Sequence record: MW384823.1
Direction: 5' to 3' (one strand)
DNA: 64,000 nt
Shown here: piece by piece, positions 9,146 to 18,499 of the stretch
How the letters are laid out: every line of letters starts with the position of its first letter
Position numbering within the stretch: the first letter of the stretch is position 1
Notes under the pieces: model-generated
Seen by the model: the letters and a program-made list of their open reading frames with translations, nothing else
Database searches by the model: none
Told to the model about the DNA's origin: nothing
Position numbers and translations under genes: made by a program

Positions 9146-9896
9146 TTGAATTGGCCTTTAAGGCTTTCAGTCTATCCCCGGTCTGGCTTAATGCTTGAAT
9201 CAGCTCGTTGTTCTGTTTCATGAACAGCCCGAACAGCTCAACCCAATCGGATGCCATATCCAGCATCTTGACGATTTCAGCCGCGCACTGTGGATGCACC
9301 GGCGTTTCGGCTAATTCATCGGTGCTGGCCCCAATGCTACCGATCAACTTATCAATGTTGCGCTTGAGCTTTTCGGTAATCTCTTTGCTCAGTGCTTTGC
9401 TGCGGTTGAACGCCACATCAATTTCACCGGCATTGTGGAAGACCTTTTCAATCGGACGTTGGTCGACCGATGTGGTGGTGTAAGACGCGGCCAATTTCTT
9501 GACGAGGTCTTTCGGGTCCACATTTTTGAGGGGATACTTCAAATCTTTGAAGCGGAACCCGACAGGAACAGTGAGCATTCCTTTGTCGTGGGTAAACGCG
9601 GCCAGTTGGCGGTTTACCGGTTCCAGCACGCCATCAACCAAATTGTCCAATACCGACCATACCGACTCCAGACGCTGGATATGGTCAATCATGTACACGT
9701 TCAGGCCCGGCGGTACGGTGACAAGCATCCCGGAGAAATGCAGGAACTTCTCTTGCTGCATCCATTTGGACATTGCCGACATGTCATCGTAGTTTGCCGG
9801 TTTGATTTCTTGTTCGCTTCCGTTGAACATTTTAGGAAGCACAGCCGACACTTTCGAGGCAAAAGTAGAAAGCGCGGCAATCGGGTTCAGGTTCAT
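9141..9896 (-). CDS. Probable virion structural (head) protein
   Basis: GAGGTG RBS and ATG 9896. Lies divergent from the uvsX operon, as recalled for phiKZ-like phages. Function inferred from synteny. Confidence 0.6.
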   Translation of the reverse strand: MNLNPIAALSTFASKVSAVLPKMFNGSEQEIKPANYDDMSAMSKWMQQEKFLHFSGMLVTVPPGLNVYMIDHIQRLESVWSVLDNLVDGVLEPVNRQLAAFTHDKGMLTVPVGFRFKDLKYPLKNVDPKDLVKKLAASYTTTSVDQRPIEKVFHNAGEIDVAFNRSKALSKEITEKLKRNIDKLIGSIGASTDELAETPVHPQCAAEIVKMLDMASDWVELFGLFMKQNNELIQALSQTGDRLKALKANSK

Positions 9897-9919
9897 TTTC
9901 ACCTCGGTGGAAGGGTAGG

Positions 9920-9962
9920 CTACATACTAAGTCTTTTTACGGTTAAGCCCTGTGTTATGTAG
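9920..9962. promoter_or_regulatory. Divergent pair of putative late (TATG) promoters
   Basis: TATGTAG on the minus strand at 9920-9926 and on the plus strand at 9956-9962, each upstream of a gene. phiKZ late promoters carry TATG at the start site. Confidence 0.5.
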
Positions 9963-9987
9963 ACGACTAACCCCTGAGGAATTGAAG

Positions 9988-10263
9988 ATGCAAATCAAAA
10001 TGTTTACGCGTGCCTTGTCCGCGAAATTCGAACCTGAAATCTATTTTACCCCCCTTCGTAAAGACAACGAAGGTAATCGCCTGATGGTTGGTCGCATCCT
10101 GAAATCTGAAACGCTGGCAGACGGCAAGCGTCAGCTGACTATCGAAATCGACGACCGTAACAAAAACCGTTTCAAAGACGCGGGCGAAGAAGCTTGGGTC
10201 GAGCAGTATTTCGAAATCAATAATAAGCGTCGTCTGATGCTGCCTACCAAAAAACGCGCTTAA
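9988..10263 (+). CDS. Small basic hypothetical protein
   Basis: GAGGA RBS before ATG 9988; strongly biased codons; upstream of uvsX. Confidence 0.7.
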   Translation: MQIKMFTRALSAKFEPEIYFTPLRKDNEGNRLMVGRILKSETLADGKRQLTIEIDDRNKNRFKDAGEEAWVEQYFEINNKRRLMLPTKKRA

Positions 10264-10275
10264 CGGAGTTACGAC

Positions 10276-11775
10276 ATGGCAGGTCCAGCAAAACAAGTCA
10301 TGGGCGAAGTGATTCGTCCACGCTTCAACGTCTACACCATTATGGATCATGCGCTCGGTACGTATGTGAAAGGTGAGGACGGTCTCTACTACCTGAACGG
10401 TGGTTTTGCCCACATCATGGGCTTTGCGGGTCGCGGTAACACCTTTAAGTCGACGTTGATGGATTTCTGCATTTTCCAGATGCTTATCCGTTATAGCGCT
10501 GCATGGGGGTCGAAGTTCGATACCGAAGTCTCCGCAGCCCTCGACCGACTGGAGCAGGGCTATATCTCTGCGCAGAAAGCCAACGGTATTGAGGACGGTA
10601 CGTCTGTACTGAGCCTCATCGAGGAAGGACGTTATAACCTCGTCGGTTCCGATGTGATGCCGGGCGAAGAGTATTACGCCAGCTACATCCGTGACGAAGT
10701 AGAAGGTCGCTTTAAAGCGTACATGGGTGGTAAGGGTGTGCGTGAAACGCCTTTCCCTGATCCGGTACGCAAACGCAATAAGACCATGAACGACCCATGG
10801 TATTATTCCATCGACTCCCTGTCCGAGTGGCACTCGTCTAAGATTGAAGACAAGCACTCTGAAACCAAAGTCGGTGATTCAGAGCAGAACGCCCTGAACA
10901 TGCGTGACTCGCTGGAGAAATCCAACATGATGTCCCGCTGGCCGTCAGCGCTGGCTCGTGGTGGCTTCTTCTTAGCCTTCGTGGCACAGCTGGCTGATGA
11001 CTCCGGTAAAGCAATGTCGCAGGGTGGCAAAGGTGCGAAACCTGCTAACGCCAAACTGCTGGATGATGCGGGTGATGACTTGAAGTTCGCGGGCATCCCA
11101 CGTCGTCAGATTTCCTTCTTAACCAACTCCCTGCTGGTAGCGACCAAGTCCGGTGAGCTGAAACACGATGGCAGCTACGACGCGAAGACCGGTGTCAACG
11201 AAGAGTTGTATCCGACCAAGCGTTCGAAGGCAATGAACGCCTCAGTGAACGACCTGAAAGAAATCGTCTTCACGCAGTATCGTGCGAAGGGCGGCCATAC
11301 TGGTGTGAAATTCCGTATGGTGTTCTCTCAGGAGATGGGTCTGCTGTATCACCTCTCCCTGTGGCATTACCTCGATAAGGTACTGAAAACCGAATACGGT
11401 TACACTAGTTCCGGTTCCGGTAGCGCCATTAAAGAGCTGCACATCCTGCCCGGTTTGAAGTTCCAGCGCACCACTGTCCGTGATATGTGTGATGAGAACT
11501 TGCGTCTGCGTCGTGCACTGGAAATTACCGCTGCGCTGGCGTACATGCAGAACAACTACCACCGTCTGGAAATGAAGTATCACATCTCTCCTCAGGAATT
11601 GTATGAGAAGATCAACGAAAAGTGGGACTGGAACGAGATTCTGGATAACACCGTTGAGTATTGGATGTTCAAAGACCAGGAAGTCAAAGGTGGTAAACGC
11701 ACACTGACAGCAATGAGTCTGCTGGCAATGGCGGTGGATGGTCTGGAACCGAAGTTCTTAACCAAGAAAAAGTAA
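10276..11775 (+). CDS. uvsX: RecA/UvsX-like recombinase ATPase
   Basis: Walker A GFAGRGNTFKST followed by FDTE (RecA-like hhDxE), Walker B-like YSIDSLS and hhhhNQ-like FLAFVAQL. Size and position match the phiKZ-like UvsX. Confidence 0.8.
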   Translation: MAGPAKQVMGEVIRPRFNVYTIMDHALGTYVKGEDGLYYLNGGFAHIMGFAGRGNTFKSTLMDFCIFQMLIRYSAAWGSKFDTEVSAALDRLEQGYISAQKANGIEDGTSVLSLIEEGRYNLVGSDVMPGEEYYASYIRDEVEGRFKAYMGGKGVRETPFPDPVRKRNKTMNDPWYYSIDSLSEWHSSKIEDKHSETKVGDSEQNALNMRDSLEKSNMMSRWPSALARGGFFLAFVAQLADDSGKAMSQGGKGAKPANAKLLDDAGDDLKFAGIPRRQISFLTNSLLVATKSGELKHDGSYDAKTGVNEELYPTKRSKAMNASVNDLKEIVFTQYRAKGGHTGVKFRMVFSQEMGLLYHLSLWHYLDKVLKTEYGYTSSGSGSAIKELHILPGLKFQRTTVRDMCDENLRLRRALEITAALAYMQNNYHRLEMKYHISPQELYEKINEKWDWNEILDNTVEYWMFKDQEVKGGKRTLTAMSLLAMAVDGLEPKFLTKKK

Positions 11776-11781
11776 TCTGTT

Positions 11782-11801
11782 GTGGCGGGGCAACCCGCCA
11801 C
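11782..11801 (+). other. GC-rich GNRA hairpin without U-tract
   Basis: GTGGCGGG-GCAA-CCCGCCAC, perfect 8 bp stem between the uvsX stop and the next RBS. Confidence 0.7.
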
Positions 11802-11815
11802 TTGAGGAGCAACCC

Positions 11816-12097
11816 ATGCGTTATCAAAATGATATTGTCGAGCGGTTGCGTCAAGGTATTGCAGCAGTAAATCGTGAGGTGAGTGATCAGCTGGTTGTTG
11901 AGCTGAGTAAACCCCACCACAACCTCTCCGATTTTGCACAGTGTACGAATCAATTCTACACCAAGCTGCTCGGTACGAATGGCGCTAACCAACACGCGTT
12001 CAGTATTCCTGAGAATACGGATGCTATCCCGTTCTGGATTGAAGATCTGGAATCCGCAGTCTTGCCTGTCCTGCGTGTCGCGGGGGCAATGCAATGA
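11816..12097 (+). CDS. Hypothetical protein
   Basis: GAGGAG RBS before ATG 11816; ATGA overlap with the next gene. Confidence 0.7.
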   Translation: MRYQNDIVERLRQGIAAVNREVSDQLVVELSKPHHNLSDFAQCTNQFYTKLLGTNGANQHAFSIPENTDAIPFWIEDLESAVLPVLRVAGAMQ

Positions 12098-12762
12098 AAT
12101 TAGATCCTGCACGCCGTAAGAAGGCCGAAGCGTTTATCTATCAGCTGTTAACACTCATCGACCCATCAGGGATTAACACCGAAGCTGCGAAAGCATCGAT
12201 TCCGGGGTTAAGCGACGAAGACTTTAACAAGCTACGCCACGGCATTCCGATTTATAACCCGGCGGGCAGTAAGGTGCAAATCGACCACATGCGCAACGTA
12301 GAAATTTGTCGTGCGTTGGGGTTAGAGTTGTGCCAGCGTCTGTACTTTACGGAACCGAAGACGGGCTTAGTGCACCGGACTCGTTGGCCGCATATTGTCG
12401 TACCCTTACCGGTACGCCGACAGACGCAGATGCGAGAAAAGAAAATTGCTGTTGCGAAGAACGACCGTGTTCGCGACAAACTCTCTGGCCAAGTGGTCGG
12501 CCCATCCAAAGCGTCCGGGGTTTCGTTCCCTGAATCGTACATTATGTTCTCGGATGGTCTGGACAACAGCTTGGAAGAGTTCTTGCATGCGCGTGGAGGG
12601 AATGAAGCACTGCAACGTGCGTTCTACCAATCCATCCGACAAACTGGCCAAGGCCGTATCAAGATACCCGGTGCCGAACGCACCTCCAGTAAAGCCACTC
12701 GTACGTGGAGTGCCTATTACAAAGCCATGGGTATCGGTAACAACATGGGTTCCCCGCAATGA
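12094..12762 (+). CDS. Virion RNA polymerase beta subunit, C-terminal fragment
   Basis: RDKLSGQVVGPSKASGVSFPE aligns to the RpoB switch-3/clamp region ([22 protein letters not shown]). Position next to uvsX matches phiKZ gp149 / SPN3US gp218 as recalled. Confidence 0.75.
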   Translation: MKLDPARRKKAEAFIYQLLTLIDPSGINTEAAKASIPGLSDEDFNKLRHGIPIYNPAGSKVQIDHMRNVEICRALGLELCQRLYFTEPKTGLVHRTRWPHIVVPLPVRRQTQMREKKIAVAKNDRVRDKLSGQVVGPSKASGVSFPESYIMFSDGLDNSLEEFLHARGGNEALQRAFYQSIRQTGQGRIKIPGAERTSSKATRTWSAYYKAMGIGNNMGSPQ

Positions 12763-13487
12763 GAACAGGACGTCGCTATCTGGTAGATATAGATACACTT
12801 TTCGACACCCGCTTAGGTTGGGCGAAGGTCATTGCACCTGAGGCGTTGGAGAAGCTCGAATTAGATGCTTTCCGTAAACGTCACACCGATATCTGGGCAG
12901 AAGCGATTGGTATCCAAAACTGGTCTGAACAACTCAAACAACGTGACAAACGCGCGTTGTTCATGTCAGACCCGACAGAGTTTCTGTTGGGTTTGAAGAA
13001 TCAGGTGCTCGTTGACTTGACCACATTAGTAATGTCGTCGCCTATTGACCGACCGACTGTTACGATTAACATGTGGCCTTACACCGACCTCACGGCTGAA
13101 CAATCGGATGCGTTCTTGCAGAACTTCCGTCAGTTGTACAACGAGGTTAAGGTGGACATGGTCTATATCGATCACAAAGATCTTTCTCCCGGACGTCTCG
13201 ACAGCATGTGGGACATCTGGTACATGTTCGACTGGTTTAATTGGGTCACTGTCCATGCGGGAAATTTTGCGAAAAAAATACCCCAGTTTAAAATCCACCC
13301 GCCAGCGTTGCTGACGGACGGACTTACGACTGAGGCGATTGAAGCGATAGAGCGTGATGGGGTTAACCCGTTTAGCGCCCTGACACGGTTCATGGAAGAA
13401 CTGGTCACTATCGATCCGGTGGATGTCCGGCTGTATTCTATTCTTCGTCCGCTGAACCCCCAGGACGAGCAAACGCCACAGCCATAA
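12759..13487 (+). CDS. Hypothetical protein with HAD-like DxD motif
   Basis: N-terminal YLVDIDTLFDTR; other HAD motifs are not clear. Confidence 0.65.
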   Translation: MRTGRRYLVDIDTLFDTRLGWAKVIAPEALEKLELDAFRKRHTDIWAEAIGIQNWSEQLKQRDKRALFMSDPTEFLLGLKNQVLVDLTTLVMSSPIDRPTVTINMWPYTDLTAEQSDAFLQNFRQLYNEVKVDMVYIDHKDLSPGRLDSMWDIWYMFDWFNWVTVHAGNFAKKIPQFKIHPPALLTDGLTTEAIEAIERDGVNPFSALTRFMEELVTIDPVDVRLYSILRPLNPQDEQTPQP

Positions 13488-13902
13488 TGGCATTCACGTC
13501 AATCTTTTCGCCAACGGGTGCCAGCTCGCCTTCTTTGTGTTCCTGTTTAGGAACGTTAGGAAGCGCGGGTTGGTACCCGGTGTTTTCTTCGCTGTTATCG
13601 TCGTGACGTTGGATGCGTACACCCGGACGACCAAGCACGACCGAGTTCAGTGCATTGGCCACGTCTTGTGCAGCACCTGCGGTTTTCTGTGCCGCTTCGG
13701 CACGACGCTTACCGAGGATTTGCCTGTCGACACCCGACAGCATTTTCTCAAGGGAGTTGACGAGGTCTTTGTCTTTGTGGACATTGTCGTCTTCCATGAT
13801 GAGGTTAGCCACGCGAATACGGGCTTGGCGGGTTTGGCGGAGAAGCGACTCTTCGTCATCAACATCTCCGTCGAAGGCTTGGTACTTCACTTCTTCGCTC
13901 AT
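13438..13902 (-). CDS. Hypothetical coiled-coil protein
   Basis: AAAGAGGA RBS; 154 aa with natural composition; converges on and overlaps the previous gene by 50 bp. Confidence 0.65.
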   Translation of the reverse strand: MSEEVKYQAFDGDVDDEESLLRQTRQARIRVANLIMEDDNVHKDKDLVNSLEKMLSGVDRQILGKRRAEAAQKTAGAAQDVANALNSVVLGRPGVRIQRHDDNSEENTGYQPALPNVPKQEHKEGELAPVGEKIDVNAIMAVAFARPGGSADEE

Positions 13903-13934
13903 GGGTATTCCTCTTTTTAAAAAAGAACTCAGAC

Positions 13935-13952
13935 AGATATTATCTTGATGAG
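13935..13952 (+). promoter_or_regulatory. Putative early promoter
   Basis: AGATATTATCTTGATGAG, one mismatch to the copy at 5198. Confidence 0.65.
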
Positions 13953-13976
13953 ATTATCTCAACTAAGGATCAACTT

Positions 13977-14510
13977 ATGTTGTTCGAATGGCTCACGTTT
14001 CCTTTAAAGCGATACGCCCATAAGCGGCGTAGAAGCTATTTAGAGGCCGAGTTCCATAAGAATACCCAGAATACTTATCAGAGGGTCCTAATAGGCTTAG
14101 CGTTGCTTACAGAACCTCTGGAGTATAACGGTAATACTTACCGTGGTATTGACCTGATGGGTAATCTGGAACTCCGGTGTAAAAGCTTCGATATTGTTCA
14201 TCAGCGGTTTGCGTTTCTGCTGCGTGAATACGATCGGGTGCTGAACACCACTGGACGCAATCCAGACTGGAGTCCCTATCCTGCGGTGATTGACCCGCAG
14301 CAGGATAAACCGATGCTGCGCTGGTTCGATGAGTATTTCGGAACAAGCAGCAAGGATGTCGTACGGCAGAAGTTACGTCGAACGTACGAATTGTTAGAGA
14401 CTTATCGAGACGTATACAGCAGTAAAACCAACCCAGAACAGGATGTGCTGTTTAACTTGACACGCCATCTCGTTCGTGAGTTAGAGACCATAGTGGAACA
14501 CTACCTCTGA
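13977..14510 (+). CDS. Hypothetical protein
   Basis: TAAGGA RBS; 177 aa. Confidence 0.7.
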   Translation: MLFEWLTFPLKRYAHKRRRSYLEAEFHKNTQNTYQRVLIGLALLTEPLEYNGNTYRGIDLMGNLELRCKSFDIVHQRFAFLLREYDRVLNTTGRNPDWSPYPAVIDPQQDKPMLRWFDEYFGTSSKDVVRQKLRRTYELLETYRDVYSSKTNPEQDVLFNLTRHLVRELETIVEHYL

Positions 14511-14541
14511 CTCGTTCATCTCCTTGGAACAAGGGCGAACT

Positions 14542-15384
14542 ATGAGTAAGAAAAATAGCAAGTTGAAAAAGTTGCTGGCAGAAGGCGTCCCGGACGATAC
14601 CCCAATTGGGATATACCTTCGTACAGCGTACTGGAATCTCGTGAAACACGAAATGCGTTTAGCTCCGGTGGACTGGATGGTGTTGTTGAAAGCGTACGTG
14701 GCGGATGAGCGCTTCGTGGGTCGTTCAACAGCAGAGCCAAAGGAGCGTGAAAGTCGACTGATTAACGCCTTAACCGGTGGTTCGGTAAGGGGTGTCAGTG
14801 TTGACTTCACTTGGGTGCGGTTCATTGAAAGTTTGGTGATGTTGCGCATCGAAACGTTAACGTTAACTGCGAAAGCAACCCGTGGGAAGTTTGGGGCAGA
14901 GAAGGTTGTACACGGCTCTTGCAGTCCCAAACAGGATTTACTGCGGATTGTCAACGGAGAGGCGGACGAAGATCTGAAAGGGTCGGCGAGTCAAACGTTA
15001 AACGCGTTCTTCAAAGACCGGCAGCGCACTGCGTCGCAGGTCATGGAGCACATCTTACTCAAGGTCTTATGGGGTTTCTTTGTTGAATACAACATCGACT
15101 CTGAGATGTGGCGCAAACTGTCAACGGCCTATGTTAATAACCCGAAGAACTGTCCGGCACTGTCTAACCGACGCAACGACAAGCGGCACAATCTACAATC
15201 AGCGATTCGTTACACGAAGAAGATTTCGTGGAAGAAGTTCCTTGAGGCGCTGAAAGCGATTGATGTTCGTGAGTTTCGTTGCGCGTTCTTGTGTACCAAC
15301 GACAAGAACCAGTCCTTCGAGACAGAAATCGTCGTTGACCTAACCCAACTCGTTTTCTGGAGTAACCGCAATGAGTCTGAATAA
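14542..15384 (+). CDS. Hypothetical protein with an internal two-domain duplication
   Basis: The pattern W..L..AYV ... L..A ... W..F.E.L occurs in both halves. Confidence 0.7.
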   Translation: MSKKNSKLKKLLAEGVPDDTPIGIYLRTAYWNLVKHEMRLAPVDWMVLLKAYVADERFVGRSTAEPKERESRLINALTGGSVRGVSVDFTWVRFIESLVMLRIETLTLTAKATRGKFGAEKVVHGSCSPKQDLLRIVNGEADEDLKGSASQTLNAFFKDRQRTASQVMEHILLKVLWGFFVEYNIDSEMWRKLSTAYVNNPKNCPALSNRRNDKRHNLQSAIRYTKKISWKKFLEALKAIDVREFRCAFLCTNDKNQSFETEIVVDLTQLVFWSNRNESE

Positions 15385-16699
15385 ACTGAGCGGGTTTTCT
15401 AGCTCGCTTGAAAGCAAAGCGAGTGGTGCGATCGACCGGGTCAATAATGTCCAAAACGCGGCGGTGAATACGGTCAATAATGTACAGAACGGGGTGAACA
15501 ACGCCGTTAACCGTGTGCAGGATACCGTAGACGGTGTGGAGCGGGGCGTGCAGACGGCCCAGAACCTCTACAACGACACCGTGGACAAAGCCGGGAAAGC
15601 CTACGACAGCCTGACCAACGGGGCCAGCAGTATTAAGGATAAACTGGGCAACCTGTTTGGGGGCAGCGACTTAGCCACCTCCAATGCAGTCAAGGCACCG
15701 GGGTCTGCGGAGTCAGGCACTTCACCCGGTAGCCGTATCGCAGGCTTTTCAACCGATCCGAAAGAAACACTCCCGAGCATCAACCCGTTAAACCGTGAAG
15801 TGGCCGAACCGTTCAAACCCAAGAACGAAGCTGCTAACGGGGTGCTCGATTATCTGAAACCCGGCAAGGCAGGCAGTCTGCTGTCGCAAGGGTTCAGTAA
15901 GCTTACCGCGTTGCGTGACAGTGCGCTGGGTGCGATTGGTACCGACTATGCTTCTGTTAAGAAGCGCATTGAGTCGACCATGCAAGTCGCAGGCCAGTTA
16001 GCCCGTCTGCCGGGCGAGGTGCAGCAAGAGATTAACTCGTATGTCTCTGCCGTTAACCAAGCCCGTAATGAAATCACCGCGGTGATTGATGGGGCAACCC
16101 AAACCTTCAAGTCCTTCAAAGACTTCGATGATTATCTGGCGATTGACAGTTTCATTGAAAGCTTCAAGGGCAGCAACAGTCTGGCCAATTTTGACATTGG
16201 CACAACCTCTGGTCTCATCTACGGTTTATCCAGCAAACTGTCTGAGTACGGTCTGCCGGAGAAAACTGTGTCCATGGTCGATGCCATCACTGACCCGGTT
16301 GCCAAACGCGCCATGTACGGCGAGTTACTGGTACAGGCAGCCAGTGTCGGGAACATCGACACCGTGGAGTTCTATCTGACCAAACTCGAACCCGGTCAAG
16401 GGTTGGAGCTGGCCAACGATGTTATCCAGAAATTGTTCGGGAGCCTGCAAGTCGACACCGGCGTAGGGTTAAAATCTTACGGCACGCGCTTGCTGAGCAT
16501 CTGTAATTCACTCGACCCGAATTGGGATAAGACGAAAGTCGCCCCGGTACGTACTGAGTTGCTGAATTACACGTACTGCAATATCAATGCATTGCAGGCA
16601 CTGTTAACGACTGACAAACGCAAATATGTGTGCGCGGCAGGTAGCCGTCGCTTGCAACGTGCGGATGTGTTAGTCAATCAGTTCTTCCCGGCAGCCTGA
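15371..16699 (+). CDS. Probable virion structural protein
   Basis: 442 aa with N/V/Q-rich N-terminal repeats (NNVQNAAVNTVNNVQNGVNNAVNRVQ). Function is inference. Confidence 0.6.
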   Translation: MSLNKLSGFSSSLESKASGAIDRVNNVQNAAVNTVNNVQNGVNNAVNRVQDTVDGVERGVQTAQNLYNDTVDKAGKAYDSLTNGASSIKDKLGNLFGGSDLATSNAVKAPGSAESGTSPGSRIAGFSTDPKETLPSINPLNREVAEPFKPKNEAANGVLDYLKPGKAGSLLSQGFSKLTALRDSALGAIGTDYASVKKRIESTMQVAGQLARLPGEVQQEINSYVSAVNQARNEITAVIDGATQTFKSFKDFDDYLAIDSFIESFKGSNSLANFDIGTTSGLIYGLSSKLSEYGLPEKTVSMVDAITDPVAKRAMYGELLVQAASVGNIDTVEFYLTKLEPGQGLELANDVIQKLFGSLQVDTGVGLKSYGTRLLSICNSLDPNWDKTKVAPVRTELLNYTYCNINALQALLTTDKRKYVCAAGSRRLQRADVLVNQFFPAA

Positions 16700-16711
16700 A
16701 GGTAAAAGATT

Positions 16712-17746
16712 ATGACAAACGTTGAAATGAGAGAACTGCGTGACCTGATTGCACTGGTGCGCAGTTCAGACTGGGAACCCGAAGTACGCGATCGCATTGT
16801 GGCGCGGTTAATACTGGCTCAACTCCAAGGGCCGAACTGGACACATGCGTTCAATAAATCACTGCCACTCGAAGAACGGGTGATGGGGTTTAATTCAACC
16901 GCAATGGACAGAACCTTAGCGAGTAGACTGGCGACATCGCTGGGCTTATCGTTGGTCGAGAAAATCGGCCAGTTCGACCCACTCTGGTTTGATGGGGAAC
17001 TTTCCTACTTGTCTGTGAACCCACAGTTCCGGGAGAAGATTGTGCGTCGTTTGCGCTCGGTCGGTTATCGGAGCTTGGCCACAGACGCGATACCGTCGAC
17101 CGACGGTCTCAACCATTACAACATTTATTCGCAGTCTCGCAACCCGGTAGGGCAATTGGCAAGTAACTTTGCCTCCAGTCCAGACGGGTCGTACTTTGAT
17201 ACCCCACATGGCCCGTATCGTACGCTGGAAGGTTACTACCATGTTCTGCGTGTGCTGGATTACTTTCTGCACATTGATGCCGAGGAGGAAATCTCTGATT
17301 ACCCCCTCCATCAGTTCAATGGTGATCCTGTCGAACGTGACCTGTTTATCCTTGAATGCTTCAGCATGAAGTTTCCTGAGATTGACAGAATGCGTGAGGT
17401 CGACGGGGCAGAAGGGATACGGGCAGGTCGGCTGTTGAAGAAAGCGGTTTACGGTGGGTCACGTTACCGTCCGGGTGCATTCTCTGAGCATGTCGAGCGC
17501 TGTTTTATGAAGGCGGTCGTGCACAAGTTGCATAAACTTAAACTGGATGGCGTGTGTCTTGGGAATATCATGGCGGAGATTCATCAGCAAGGTATTCCGT
17601 TTGAGCACTACTACGTGATGAACGGGAAGATTCACATTCCAAACCATGCGGACTGGTTACCCGGTCTGTACACGCGGATTGTGGAAAACATCGACCCGTA
17701 TGCCGTGGACTTCGACCCAGAGGACGTCATCAAACAACTGGGGTAA
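16712..17746 (+). CDS. NADAR-superfamily (T4 gp30.3-like) domain protein
   Basis: LASNFASSP...GPYRTLEGYYH...DRMREVDGAEGIRAGR parallels T4 30.3 as recalled (ALSNFAQWP...LEGFLQ...RIFGLSGLAAQQAGR). Confidence 0.6.
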   Translation: MTNVEMRELRDLIALVRSSDWEPEVRDRIVARLILAQLQGPNWTHAFNKSLPLEERVMGFNSTAMDRTLASRLATSLGLSLVEKIGQFDPLWFDGELSYLSVNPQFREKIVRRLRSVGYRSLATDAIPSTDGLNHYNIYSQSRNPVGQLASNFASSPDGSYFDTPHGPYRTLEGYYHVLRVLDYFLHIDAEEEISDYPLHQFNGDPVERDLFILECFSMKFPEIDRMREVDGAEGIRAGRLLKKAVYGGSRYRPGAFSEHVERCFMKAVVHKLHKLKLDGVCLGNIMAEIHQQGIPFEHYYVMNGKIHIPNHADWLPGLYTRIVENIDPYAVDFDPEDVIKQLG

Positions 17747-17752
17747 ATCGAT

Positions 17753-18412
17753 ATGTCATTTCTTGACACCATTGATGAACTGGAACGGGGTGAAGAAGAA
17801 GGTGTCATGAAAGTGGCACGGGAATCTATCTCGACCGAAACTGAGAAAGAGTATTGTCTTTGGGTGAAGCCAACCGAAGAAGGTTGGAACTGGTTACGTG
17901 AGCAACAGGGTTCGATGTACGTTGATACCCTGATGCCCATCAACCGGGGCAAGCGTCGCGTGCGCTTAACCGAAGACCATAAAGCCGTGCTGACCGTGAA
18001 GCGTTTTGCTGACGAAGGGTGTGTCGAAGAAAACTCCGATATTGGGTTTGATACGGCACTCACCTTCTATCAGGACGACTTCGTGTCGCATTTGGTCAAA
18101 CGCATCCATCTACCCGCGGGTGAGTTAGAAGCCAAAGGCGGTAAGCATTGGGACATTGATGTGTTCTACCGTGCCGGTGGCCATCCACAGCTGCTGAACA
18201 CAGACGACTACGACGCACTGCTTAACACCATGAAGCAGGGCAGCTCGTACGGCGAGTGGGTGAAGGTCGAGTTGGAAGTTGATCGGTTTGAGATGGAATC
18301 GATTCGCGAACATATCCCGTTTGCGGTCGAAGATGTCATCCCGTCGCGCCCAACCAAGCCTGAAGACCAGGAGTTCATTCGTAACTACTGGGACGTGGAC
18401 ACACGTCTGTAA
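17753..18412 (+). CDS. CYTH / triphosphate tunnel metalloenzyme family protein
   Basis: N-terminal ExExE (ETEKEY), RVR..LTVK, WDIDVF and VELEV match the CYTH motif order. Confidence 0.7.
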   Translation: MSFLDTIDELERGEEEGVMKVARESISTETEKEYCLWVKPTEEGWNWLREQQGSMYVDTLMPINRGKRRVRLTEDHKAVLTVKRFADEGCVEENSDIGFDTALTFYQDDFVSHLVKRIHLPAGELEAKGGKHWDIDVFYRAGGHPQLLNTDDYDALLNTMKQGSSYGEWVKVELEVDRFEMESIREHIPFAVEDVIPSRPTKPEDQEFIRNYWDVDTRL

Positions 18413-18418
18413 CAGATG

Positions 18419-18450
18419 ACCACTCCTTCGGGAGTGGTTTTCTTTTTTCT
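18419..18450 (+). terminator. Intrinsic terminator
   Basis: ACCACTCC-TTCG-GGAGTGGT followed by TTTCTTTTTT. Confidence 0.9.
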
Positions 18451-18471
18451 TTTTACGCCATGATGGCTAAC

Positions 18472-18478
18472 TATGTAG
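18472..18478 (+). promoter_or_regulatory. Putative TATG-type promoter
   Basis: TATGTAG, the same heptamer as at 9920 and 9956, between the terminator and the TAAGGA RBS. Confidence 0.45.
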
Positions 18479-18499
18479 AAATCCTAAGGAATAACTAAA

